Below, in pieces: positions 1-6,656 of a stretch of DNA of 32,000 nt. Below the pieces are notes generated by a model. The model saw only the letters and a program-made list of their open reading frames with translations, made no database searches and was not told the DNA's origin. Every line of letters begins with the position of its first letter. The first letter of the stretch is position 1. The translations under genes and the position numbers were made by a program. This DNA is from Bifidobacterium longum subsp. longum JCM 1217 (GTDB taxonomy: Bacteria > Actinomycetota > Actinomycetes > Actinomycetales > Bifidobacteriaceae), in contig NC_015067.1 in assembly GCF_000196555.1 (NCBI RefSeq), positions 1,230,001 through 1,262,000 on the forward strand, in the 5' to 3' direction.

Positions 1-723
1 GCCCGGAAAAAGCCCGAAAACCCTTATATATAAAGGGAAAAACAGAATTCCTTTCTCTTGTATGCATTGTATGCATCAATATAAGGGGTTTCCTTCCTTT
101 TTCTCGAATCCTCTATAAGGGAATGATGCATACAATGCATACACGCCCCCGGACCATCCCCGGAACGTTGGAACCAAGCCGAAACGGGAAGAGAAGATGT
201 ATGCATCCCCGGATGCATACGGATGCATACAGGCCGGCCGGAATGCATACACGGCCCGGGGCCGGCGACCGCCGGCCACCGTTTTGCCGTGAGGGTGCCC
301 CGCCTTTAGGCGTGGGGAGGACGTCAAGCGATCCTCCGATCCGTTTCGCCGGGCTCCCCGGGGGTTCGCGATGCTGTGGAGCCGCATGCGCGGGACCGTG
401 TATGCATTCCGGTTCGCGTGTATGCATTTGTATGCATCCGGGGATGCATACAGAAAAAGCCCGGAAAAAGCCCGAAAACCCTTATATATAAAGGGAAAAA
501 CAGAATTCCTTTCTCTTGTATGCATTGTATGCATCAATATAAGGGGTTTCTTCCCTTTTTCCCGAATCCTCTATAAGGGAATGATGCATACAATGCATAC
601 ACGCCCCCGGACCATCCCCGGAACGTCGGAAACAAGCCGAAACGGAAAGAAAAGATGTATGCATCCCCTGATGCATACGGATGCATACAGCCCGCCCGGA
701 ATGCATACGCGCCCCGGGGCCGG
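1..723. repeat. Non-coding direct repeat. Two ~265-bp copies (1-~265 and 459-~723, 458-bp period, a few mismatches) plus a ~195-bp spacer. Together they carry 20 copies of the 8-mer GTATGCAT/ATGCATAC.
   Basis: Hand alignment of 1-265 against 459-723. Forward motif TGTATGCAT starts at 59, 68, 198, 399, 419, 429, 517, 526, 656. Reverse motif ATGCATAC starts at 126, 135, 213, 223, 243, 444, 584, 593, 671, 681, 701. Phased A-tracts (AAAAAGCCCGGAAAAAGCCCGAAAACCC) and the AT-rich near-palindrome CCCTTATATATAAAGGG sit at each copy start. Copy 1 begins at the window edge, so the array may extend further left. Confidence 0.9.
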
Positions 724-925
724 CATAGCCGCGCCGCATGAACGGCTTGAGACCATACGCGGTCCGGTTCACGGTGTCCGCCTCCCTGTGGATGACGACC
801 ACCGGCGACGAGGTGTGTTTTAGCAAGTTGGCGTCCGCTTTGTGAGCGGTGTTTTTCCGCAGTGTAGGCAGCGGGTTTTCCGCAGGGTGTGCGGTATCGG
901 CCGCTGCCTGTCTGCGTTGTGTTGG

Positions 926-1711
926 TTATTTGGTCATGAGGGCGTGTTCGCTTCGGTAGGAGCGGCCCTCGAATCTGATGAGCCGTCCGTGGTGGACGGT
1001 GCGGTCGATGAGGGCGGCGGCCATGTTCTTGTCGCCGAGCACGCGTCCCCATCCGCTGAATTCGATGTTGGTGGTGTAGATGATGCTCCTTGTCTCGTAG
1101 GAATCGGAAATGATCTGGAAGAGGAGCCTGCTGCCCTCCTCGTCTATGGGCAGGTAGCCGAACTCGTCGATGATGAGAAGTCGGGCCTTGCCGATGCTCG
1201 CGAGTTCCCGGTCGAGCCGGTTCTCCTGCTGGGCGCGGCGCAGACGCATGAGCAGTCCGGTCGCGGTGAAGAAGCGCACCGGGACGCCCCGCTCGCAGGC
1301 GAGCCGTCCGATCGCGATGGCCAGGTGGCTCTTGCCGGTGCCGACGGGCCCGTAGAGCACGAGGTCCTCGCATCCGGCGACGAAGTCGAGGTTCTCGAGC
1401 TGCGCGCGCCCCCAGTCGGCGGGCATCTTCAGGTTGGTCCAGTCATAGCCGTCGAGGGTCTTGTCGGCGGGGAAGCCGGCCTGTTTGAGCAGGCGCAGGC
1501 GTTTGGATCGCTCGCGCGAGTCGAGTTCGGCCGTGAACCATCGTTCGATGAAGTCGAGCTGGTTGGGCGTGGCCTCGGCGAGCGTGCCCGCGAGCACGCT
1601 GCGTGTCAGGGTCAGGCTGCGGCTCATCTTCAGGATCCTCTCGCTCTTCTCGGTCGTGGACGCGCGACGGCGGCGGGTCTCCGGGATCACCGGATCGGGT
1701 CTGACGCTCAC
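926..1711 (-). CDS. istB: IS21-family helper ATPase IstB
   Basis: Walker A GPVGTGKSHLAIA, Walker B LLIIDEFGY, and an IstB-like C-terminus (IYTTNIEFSGWGRVLGD...DRTVHHG). GTG start at 1711 overlaps the istA stop (GTGA). The upstream part of ORF 926..1921 is read-through. Confidence 0.85.
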   Translation of the reverse strand: MSVRPDPVIPETRRRRASTTEKSERILKMSRSLTLTRSVLAGTLAEATPNQLDFIERWFTAELDSRERSKRLRLLKQAGFPADKTLDGYDWTNLKMPADWGRAQLENLDFVAGCEDLVLYGPVGTGKSHLAIAIGRLACERGVPVRFFTATGLLMRLRRAQQENRLDRELASIGKARLLIIDEFGYLPIDEEGSRLLFQIISDSYETRSIIYTTNIEFSGWGRVLGDKNMAAALIDRTVHHGRLIRFEGRSYRSEHALMTK

Positions 1712-3210
1712 CGTTCTTCCCCTCCGTCGTCCGTGCCGGTGATGAACCGGTCGTAGCCGCTCAGGTCGGGCTCCTCGATCCCGCCGGGGTATTCCCACTC
1801 GCCGTCGCGCATGCGCAACGCGATAGGGGTGAGCGAGTCCGCGTGCAGGCCCATGTCCCTGTTCGAGCGCAGGATCTCGCCGCACGCCTGCATCGCGGGA
1901 TCGAACCCGGCCGCCCGGCACGCGTCCCCGATCGCTTTGAGGCTCTCCCTCAACGTCTTTTCGTCCATGGAATCAAGCCACGCGCGTATATCGTCGGGCA
2001 CGTCCGGGCGGATCGAGCTTTCCCGCCACGCGCGGGGTTTGACCGCGAGCCGGGGAAGCACGAGCGCGGGATCCTCCACATTGCGCGACCGTCCGTACTG
2101 TCTGGGATACTCCGCGAAGAGCTCGCCGGTGGCGGGCGAGGTGAGCGTGACCGTGTCCCACCGGATCGCGGCCAATACCCTGGAACGCGCCGAATCGGGG
2201 CCGGCGAGGTACCGGTTCGAGTCGATGTCGACCAGCCCGTACTTGTCGGCCGTCCGGCTTTCCCAGCGAACCGGGTCGAACGCCGTGGACGGCAACGGCA
2301 TCAACGCGGCCCTCTCCTCGTCGAACACCTCGGCCACGGGCACGTCCAGCAACCTCGGGCAATACGAGTCCCTGGCGAGCCCGTCGCACCGCTCCAGCAG
2401 GAGACGGCTCAACTGCCCATACGATTCCGCGCGCATGGGCGGCACCATGAGATTGCGCCGCAAAAACCCGACCGCGTTCTCCACGCTGCCCTTCTCGTTG
2501 CCCGAATACGGGTTGCAGAACCGGACCTCGAGCCGGTAATGCGCCACGAACGCGGAGAACACCCCGGTCAACGCGACCTCGCCCTTCGCGTTGCGCCGGC
2601 CGGCACCGGTCGCGTTGTCCATCACGATCACGGGAGGAACACCCCCGATATGCTCGAACACGAGCATCAGGCCATGGCACAGACACTCCGCGTTCTCGCC
2701 CGGCAACGCCACGCACAACCGCATGTTCGAATACGGCAACGAGACCACCAGGCAATGCACGTCCGCCATCTCGCCAGCGATCCGGGCCCGGGCCACGCCG
2801 AAATCGACCTGCATGCTGCCCGCCGCCCACTCGAGCCGCACGTACCCCTCGCGATCCGGCACGCCGCGGTTCGCCTCGCGCCACCGGTGCACGTAACGCA
2901 TCGTGGTCGAATACTCGCCGTCGTAATCCGTCTCCGCCAGCAGACGGTCGTGCACGCGCCTGATCGTGTGCCGCTGCTTCCTGGGCAGCAGACGATCGGC
3001 CTCCAGCCACTCGTCCACCAGATGCGCGTACGGGTCGATCTTCGACCCGTACCTGCGATCCGCCTTCGGCTTGGGCGAGCAATCCTCCATATCCGCGTAC
3101 TTCGCGACCGTCCCGCGATCCACGTGAAGACGCCGCGCTATCTGCGCGCGCGACATTCCCTGCCGGTCGAGTCTCCTGATATCTTGCACAATGGGCATCG
3201 GTATCGCCAT
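1708..3210 (-). CDS. istA: IS21-family transposase IstA
   Basis: N-terminal HTH (MSRAQIARRLHVDRGTVAKY) and a DDE integrase-core region (SMQVDFG...VVMDNATGAG...). Start taken at the ATG at 3210, preceded by GGAAGGAAAGGAAC. ~500 aa, typical IstA size. Confidence 0.85.
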   Translation of the reverse strand: MAIPMPIVQDIRRLDRQGMSRAQIARRLHVDRGTVAKYADMEDCSPKPKADRRYGSKIDPYAHLVDEWLEADRLLPRKQRHTIRRVHDRLLAETDYDGEYSTTMRYVHRWREANRGVPDREGYVRLEWAAGSMQVDFGVARARIAGEMADVHCLVVSLPYSNMRLCVALPGENAECLCHGLMLVFEHIGGVPPVIVMDNATGAGRRNAKGEVALTGVFSAFVAHYRLEVRFCNPYSGNEKGSVENAVGFLRRNLMVPPMRAESYGQLSRLLLERCDGLARDSYCPRLLDVPVAEVFDEERAALMPLPSTAFDPVRWESRTADKYGLVDIDSNRYLAGPDSARSRVLAAIRWDTVTLTSPATGELFAEYPRQYGRSRNVEDPALVLPRLAVKPRAWRESSIRPDVPDDIRAWLDSMDEKTLRESLKAIGDACRAAGFDPAMQACGEILRSNRDMGLHADSLTPIALRMRDGEWEYPGGIEEPDLSGYDRFITGTDDGGEER

Positions 3211-3411
3211 GTTCCTTTCCTTCCCGAGCGCCGGCCGGCGGCAACCGGCCGAATCAAAACCGATTGGCAACTCGGGAATATACAGGCGGCGGCACCGATG
3301 CCTATCACATCACCGGGAAACGATGACGACACCGGGGAAAACCATCAGCCCACACTACGGAAAAACACTGCCGAACCTGTCGAACAAACATTGAAGCAAA
3401 ACAACGAGGAC

Positions 3412-4161
3412 GTGATCGAACGGAAACGGCGGCGGGGACGCCTGCGCGCCTACGGACGGCAGGTGTGGCGGGAGGCGAAGACCGCGGGCGCGCCCCGGGT
3501 CAACCGGTACATGATGCTCGTCACCGTGGGGGGACGCCCGGAAAGCCCCGTGCTCGCCGCCGAGACCCTGAAGCCCCTGATCGACGCGGGCACGGACGAG
3601 GCCCTGTGGCCGGACGACGACCCGTACCATCGCGTGATGACCTGCTATCTGAGGGATCCCCGCCCCCTGCCGGGCGGCCGGGCGGAACTGTTCATCTGGG
3701 TGATCCCATTGGCCCCCGGCGTCGACCCGCTGGCCCGGCTGCTGGCCCGCGTGCCCGGCTCCAAAGCGACCCTGGCGCGCGCCACGTTCGGCGAGGATTC
3801 GTGGCTGACCAGCAACATGCGCATGACGGCCCGGGAGCGCAAGGCGATGCAGACGCGTGCCATGCGCGCCTGCCAAGGCGCATGGCACGCGAGCCCGGGC
3901 GCCTGCTGCGGCGTCGTCTGCCAGGTCCGCTACCCGGATCCGAGACGCGAATACAAGGGCGATCCGGACAACGTGGCGGAGACGGCGACCGCCATGTGGG
4001 GCGTCGGCGTCATGCAGGGCCTCCTGCCCGCCAGCCCGGGCGTCTTCTGCTTCATGCTCGCCGACGGGGAATCCGAACCGAAGCACCATGATCTCGACAT
4101 GCTCGCGTTCACCGTGCCGTCCGACGCGGACTGGCCCCGCCTGCTGCTCGGGGACGCATAG
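3412..4161 (+). CDS. Hypothetical protein with two tandem RusA-like (Holliday-junction resolvase fold) halves. Start is uncertain: GTG 3412 or ATG 3511. The 5' end may be affected by the IS21 insertion.
   Basis: High GC3 frame. The second half carries a RusA-like acidic motif and context (VRYPDPRREYKGDPDNVAETATAMWGVGVMQGLLP). The first half has the RusA-like C-terminal pattern (LKPLIDAGTDEALWPDDDPYHRV...GGRAELFIWVIP) but lacks the D-x-D-N motif. Assignment is by eye only. Confidence 0.4.
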   Translation: MIERKRRRGRLRAYGRQVWREAKTAGAPRVNRYMMLVTVGGRPESPVLAAETLKPLIDAGTDEALWPDDDPYHRVMTCYLRDPRPLPGGRAELFIWVIPLAPGVDPLARLLARVPGSKATLARATFGEDSWLTSNMRMTARERKAMQTRAMRACQGAWHASPGACCGVVCQVRYPDPRREYKGDPDNVAETATAMWGVGVMQGLLPASPGVFCFMLADGESEPKHHDLDMLAFTVPSDADWPRLLLGDA

Positions 4162-4200
4162 GAGCATGGCGAAAACGCAACCGACCGGAGGGAGGCCGTC

Positions 4201-5250
4201 ATGGTCATGGACAGGCATAACAGGAGCCACAAGCCGAAGGGCACGCCCGACGGCGGCCGATACGAGGCGAAAAACGGTTCGGCCGGGTCGGATGACGTGG
4301 CCGAACCGTCGGGGGCGGACCCGTCGGCCCGCATCATCGGCTCGCACGAACCCCTCACCGGGGATGACATCGAGTACATTCGCACCGTCTCCGGCCCCGA
4401 CACGATCGGCCTGATGGCCGCCCACCGGCCCGAGGTGGACGCGTGCCTCGCGTCGAATCCGAACCTCACGGAGGATGACGTGGACAGGCTCGTATTCCGG
4501 CAGAAGTCGAATTCGGCACGCGCGGACACGGTGTCCGGCGCCTGCATGCGCCCCGTCATGTCGGACGCGTTCCGCGACCGCTGCGTGGGCTGGATGCGCG
4601 ACCAGACCCCGCGTATCAGGCACGCGGCCATCGACGCGATAGGCTCCAACCCGCACGCGGCTCCCGAACTCGTCAAGGAAAGCCTGTGGGCCGACCCGTG
4701 CATGCGGCAGGCCGTCCGCGTGGCCGCGAACCCGGCGGCGGACGATTCGACGCTCGCCCTCGCCGTCAACATCCACCCGCGCGACAGCAGCGTGTTCGCG
4801 GGCAAGGTGCTCCGCCATCCGCATTGCGGCCCCGACGCGCTGCACGCCATCGACGAGAGGACCACGGACCCGTGGATCCGAGAACGCGTGTGGAGCCATC
4901 CGCGCATGGACATGGCGACGCTCGCCGACTGGAAGAGCCACGTGTCCTACGACCGGTACGAGGCCGCGTTCGGCGCGGCCATGAGCCCGAAGCTCGACTT
5001 CGCGCTCGCCTCAAGCCTTGCATCCTTGAACAATCCGGATGTGGACAGGCGGCTCGCCTACAATCCGAGGACGCCGTCGGAGCTGCTGGGCTCGTTCGCC
5101 GGACGCGGCGACCGTCAGACCGACCTGAACCTGGCCGGCAATCCGAGCCTGCCGTTGGCGAGCCTCAAGGTGCTGCGCGACCGGTATCCGGACGATTCCG
5201 ACATGCATGCCATACTGGCCGGCAATCCGGTCCTGAGCGGCCTGCGCTGA
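4201..5250 (+). CDS. LRV (leucine-rich repeat variant)/HEAT-like repeat protein with a conserved N-terminal MVMDRxNRSHxPKGTPDGGRYE module
   Basis: RBS GGAGGGAGG upstream of the ATG. High GC3. Repeated NP-containing ~25-30 aa units (LASNPNLTEDDV, VAANPAADDSTLALAV, LAYNPRTPSELL, LAGNPSLPLASL, LAGNPVLSGL). Confidence 0.7.
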   Translation: MVMDRHNRSHKPKGTPDGGRYEAKNGSAGSDDVAEPSGADPSARIIGSHEPLTGDDIEYIRTVSGPDTIGLMAAHRPEVDACLASNPNLTEDDVDRLVFRQKSNSARADTVSGACMRPVMSDAFRDRCVGWMRDQTPRIRHAAIDAIGSNPHAAPELVKESLWADPCMRQAVRVAANPAADDSTLALAVNIHPRDSSVFAGKVLRHPHCGPDALHAIDERTTDPWIRERVWSHPRMDMATLADWKSHVSYDRYEAAFGAAMSPKLDFALASSLASLNNPDVDRRLAYNPRTPSELLGSFAGRGDRQTDLNLAGNPSLPLASLKVLRDRYPDDSDMHAILAGNPVLSGLR

Positions 5251-5269
5251 AAAGGAAAGGAAAACCATC

Positions 5270-5728
5270 ATGGTCATGGACAGGAACAACAGGAGCCACA
5301 GGCCGAAGGGAACGCCCGACGGCGGCCGGTACGAGCCGAAGAACGCCGCCGGCGTATCGGGGGATGTGGCCGCGCCCCGGAACACGCCGGACCCGCATGA
5401 TCTGGCCGCGATCTTCGACCGGCCGGACCTGGCCCGCCAAATCGACTTCACGCTCGCGGACGGCAGCCATGTCAACGGGTACGCGATGGACTGCGAACGC
5501 CTCCCCCGCGAGCATGTGCCCGCCGGGTGGCATGTGTACGCGATCATGGAAAGCGAATCCGACGACGACGATCTGGACATCATGACCATCAGGGAGAACA
5601 CGTGGGTGAATCATCGCATGGATTTCGCCACCGACCGGGACCTGACCGGCGTCATCGACGATCCCTCGTTGGAGAACGTGGCGGACTGGGGGTTCACCGA
5701 CCGGACGCTTGCCGACGATCTCGCCTGA
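5270..5728 (+). CDS. Hypothetical acidic protein sharing the N-terminal MVMDRxNRSHxPKGTPDGGRYE module with the preceding gene
   Basis: RBS AAAGGAAAGGAAAA upstream. The first ~75 nt are ~90% identical to 4201-4275 by hand alignment, then unrelated. The C-terminal part (LPREHVPAGWHVYAIMESESDDDDLDIMTIRENTWVNHRMDF) is reminiscent of small domains in conjugative-element polyvalent proteins; this is unverified. Confidence 0.65.
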   Translation: MVMDRNNRSHRPKGTPDGGRYEPKNAAGVSGDVAAPRNTPDPHDLAAIFDRPDLARQIDFTLADGSHVNGYAMDCERLPREHVPAGWHVYAIMESESDDDDLDIMTIRENTWVNHRMDFATDRDLTGVIDDPSLENVADWGFTDRTLADDLA

Positions 5729-5790
5729 TGTCAACGACCGCAATGACGAGCATTGCGGCTTGTCCCTGTCCGGTAGTGCCAATGGAAACC

Positions 5791-5830
5791 GCGACGGCCC
5801 CGCATTCCGGAAGGGAGGCGGGGCCGTCGC
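5791..5830. terminator. Bidirectional stem-loop between convergent genes
   Basis: Perfect 13-bp stem GCGACGGCCCCGC (5791-5803) / GCGGGGCCGTCGC (5818-5830) with a 14-nt loop. It lies between the 3' ends of 5270..5728 (+) and 5864..6154 (-). Confidence 0.6.
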
Positions 5831-5863
5831 GCATGCATTGCGGCCGTGAAGACGCGCCCCGGA

Positions 5864-6154
5864 CTATCCGACCTCATCCCCCATGATCATGTCGAAGAAC
5901 GCGTCCGGATCGTCCACGACCCACACGTGGAAGCCGCGTGTTTCGAGTTTCGCGAACATGGCGCTCTGGCTGGCCCTGGGCTTTCCTCCCGGCCGTTTCA
6001 GTTCCACGAGATACAGCCTGCCGCCGGGCATGAACAGGAGACGGTCGGGCACGCCCAACCGTCCGGGCGACACCCATTTCAGGGACAGTCCCCCATGCCG
6101 TCTCGCCAGCATGTTGAACCGGCGTTCCACCGTGTTCTCCCTCACCGCCGCCAT
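5864..6154 (-). CDS. VRR-NUC domain (PD-(D/E)xK) nuclease
   Basis: Motifs GVPDRLLF ... LYLVELKRPGGKPRASQSAMFAKLETRGFHVWVV match the VRR-NUC pattern G-x-PD ... E-x-K ... Q. Strong RBS GGAGGGGG upstream of the ATG at 6154. Confidence 0.8.
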   Translation of the reverse strand: MAAVRENTVERRFNMLARRHGGLSLKWVSPGRLGVPDRLLFMPGGRLYLVELKRPGGKPRASQSAMFAKLETRGFHVWVVDDPDAFFDMIMGDEVG

Positions 6155-6561
6155 CCGAACCCCCTCCGCGCGTCCGGCCCGTCCGGCTCGACGGGGAGCA
6201 TGCGGATCAGGCGCGCCCGTTCCGGGAAGCCGGCCGCCTCCAGGACGCGCGCATCCAAGTCCGTGCCGAGCACGCGCAGCGTCTCCGCGTCCAGATCGGT
6301 CCGGGTCGCGAGCACGCGGCGCACGCGCGCATCCCGGTCATGGGCGAGCGTGGACATCAGCGCCGCGTCCAGGCCGGGCCGGGCGGCCACGCGGGCGCGC
6401 ACGCAGGCCGCCGGATCATCCGCCAGACGTTCCACGACACGGTCGGGCAGCGGCATGCCCGCCGCATGCGCGCGCACCACCGGATTCGGGTCGAACGCGG
6501 CCCGACGCGCGTCCCCCGACCCGTCCAGCAGGGCCAGGACCCTGTCATGCCAATCATCCAT
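6142..6561 (-). CDS. LRV/HEAT-like repeat protein, translationally coupled to the downstream VRR-NUC gene
   Basis: Repeats of the type DPNPVVRAHAA / DDPAACVRARVAARPGLDAALMSTLAHDRDARVRRVLA. Start chosen at the ATG at 6561 (GGGG RBS) rather than 6600. Its 3' end overlaps the VRR-NUC start by 13 nt. Confidence 0.6.
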   Translation of the reverse strand: MDDWHDRVLALLDGSGDARRAAFDPNPVVRAHAAGMPLPDRVVERLADDPAACVRARVAARPGLDAALMSTLAHDRDARVRRVLATRTDLDAETLRVLGTDLDARVLEAAGFPERARLIRMLPVEPDGPDARRGFGWRR

Positions 6562-6656
6562 GCCCCATCGTATGCGTTGCGCGGTTGCGCATAGACGCAT
6601 TCCGACGCGTGCGGGGCCGGTTCCAGGCCCGCACGACGATTCGGAAAAGGAGAACC

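Larger units (their letters stand above)
841..3376 (-). mobile_element. IS21-family insertion sequence carrying istA and istB. End coordinates are approximate (+/- ~15 bp).
   Basis: Imperfect terminal inverted repeats. Left end 849-893: GTGTTTTTCCGCAGTGTAGGCAGCGGGTTTTCCGCAGGGTGT. Reverse complement of the right end ~3325-3368: GTGTTTTTCCGTAGTGTGGGCTGATGGTTTTCCCCGGTGT. The reiterated GGTTTTCC subterminal repeats are typical of IS21 multiple terminal repeats. The internal istA/istB pair overlaps by GTGA. I could not identify a target-site duplication. Confidence 0.8.

Noticed and set aside
1-723. Possibility that the repeat region is a CRISPR array.
   Set aside because: There is no regular 25-40-bp repeat/spacer periodicity. 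The repeated elements are 8-9-mers in both orientations inside a 458-bp duplication, and no cas genes are present in the window.
24-826. Multiple overlapping ORFs on both strands across the repeat array (24..248, 76..537, 113..427, 123..491, 371..823, 376..576, 482..826, 571..756).
   Set aside because: Their peptides are dominated by MHT/CMH/YAS strings generated by reading ATGCAT motifs in different frames. They overlap each other on both strands and are duplicated along with the DNA repeat. They have no RBS or domain signal. The region is treated as non-coding.
842-3411. Plus-strand ORFs 842..1756 and the first ~520 codons of 1843..4161, plus minus-strand 534..1373 and 1973..3244.
   Set aside because: These are antisense or off-frame shadows of istB/istA in high-GC DNA, with low-complexity R/P/G/A-rich translations. 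The IS21 genes explain the region.
3355-4941. 528-aa and 327-aa minus-strand ORFs (3355..4941, 3930..4913) and plus-strand off-frame ORFs (3465..4091, 3857..4414, 4686..5585).
   Set aside because: R/G/A/P-rich low-complexity translations lying antisense or off-frame to the better-supported plus-strand genes, which have RBSs, high GC3 and recognisable repeats or motifs.
5883-6656. 258-codon N-terminal extension of the surface-protein ORF (5883..9068), and ORF 5846..6922.
   Set aside because: They overlap the VRR-NUC and LRV genes on the opposite strand and translate to P/R/A-rich low complexity. A good RBS plus a signal peptide start at 6657.
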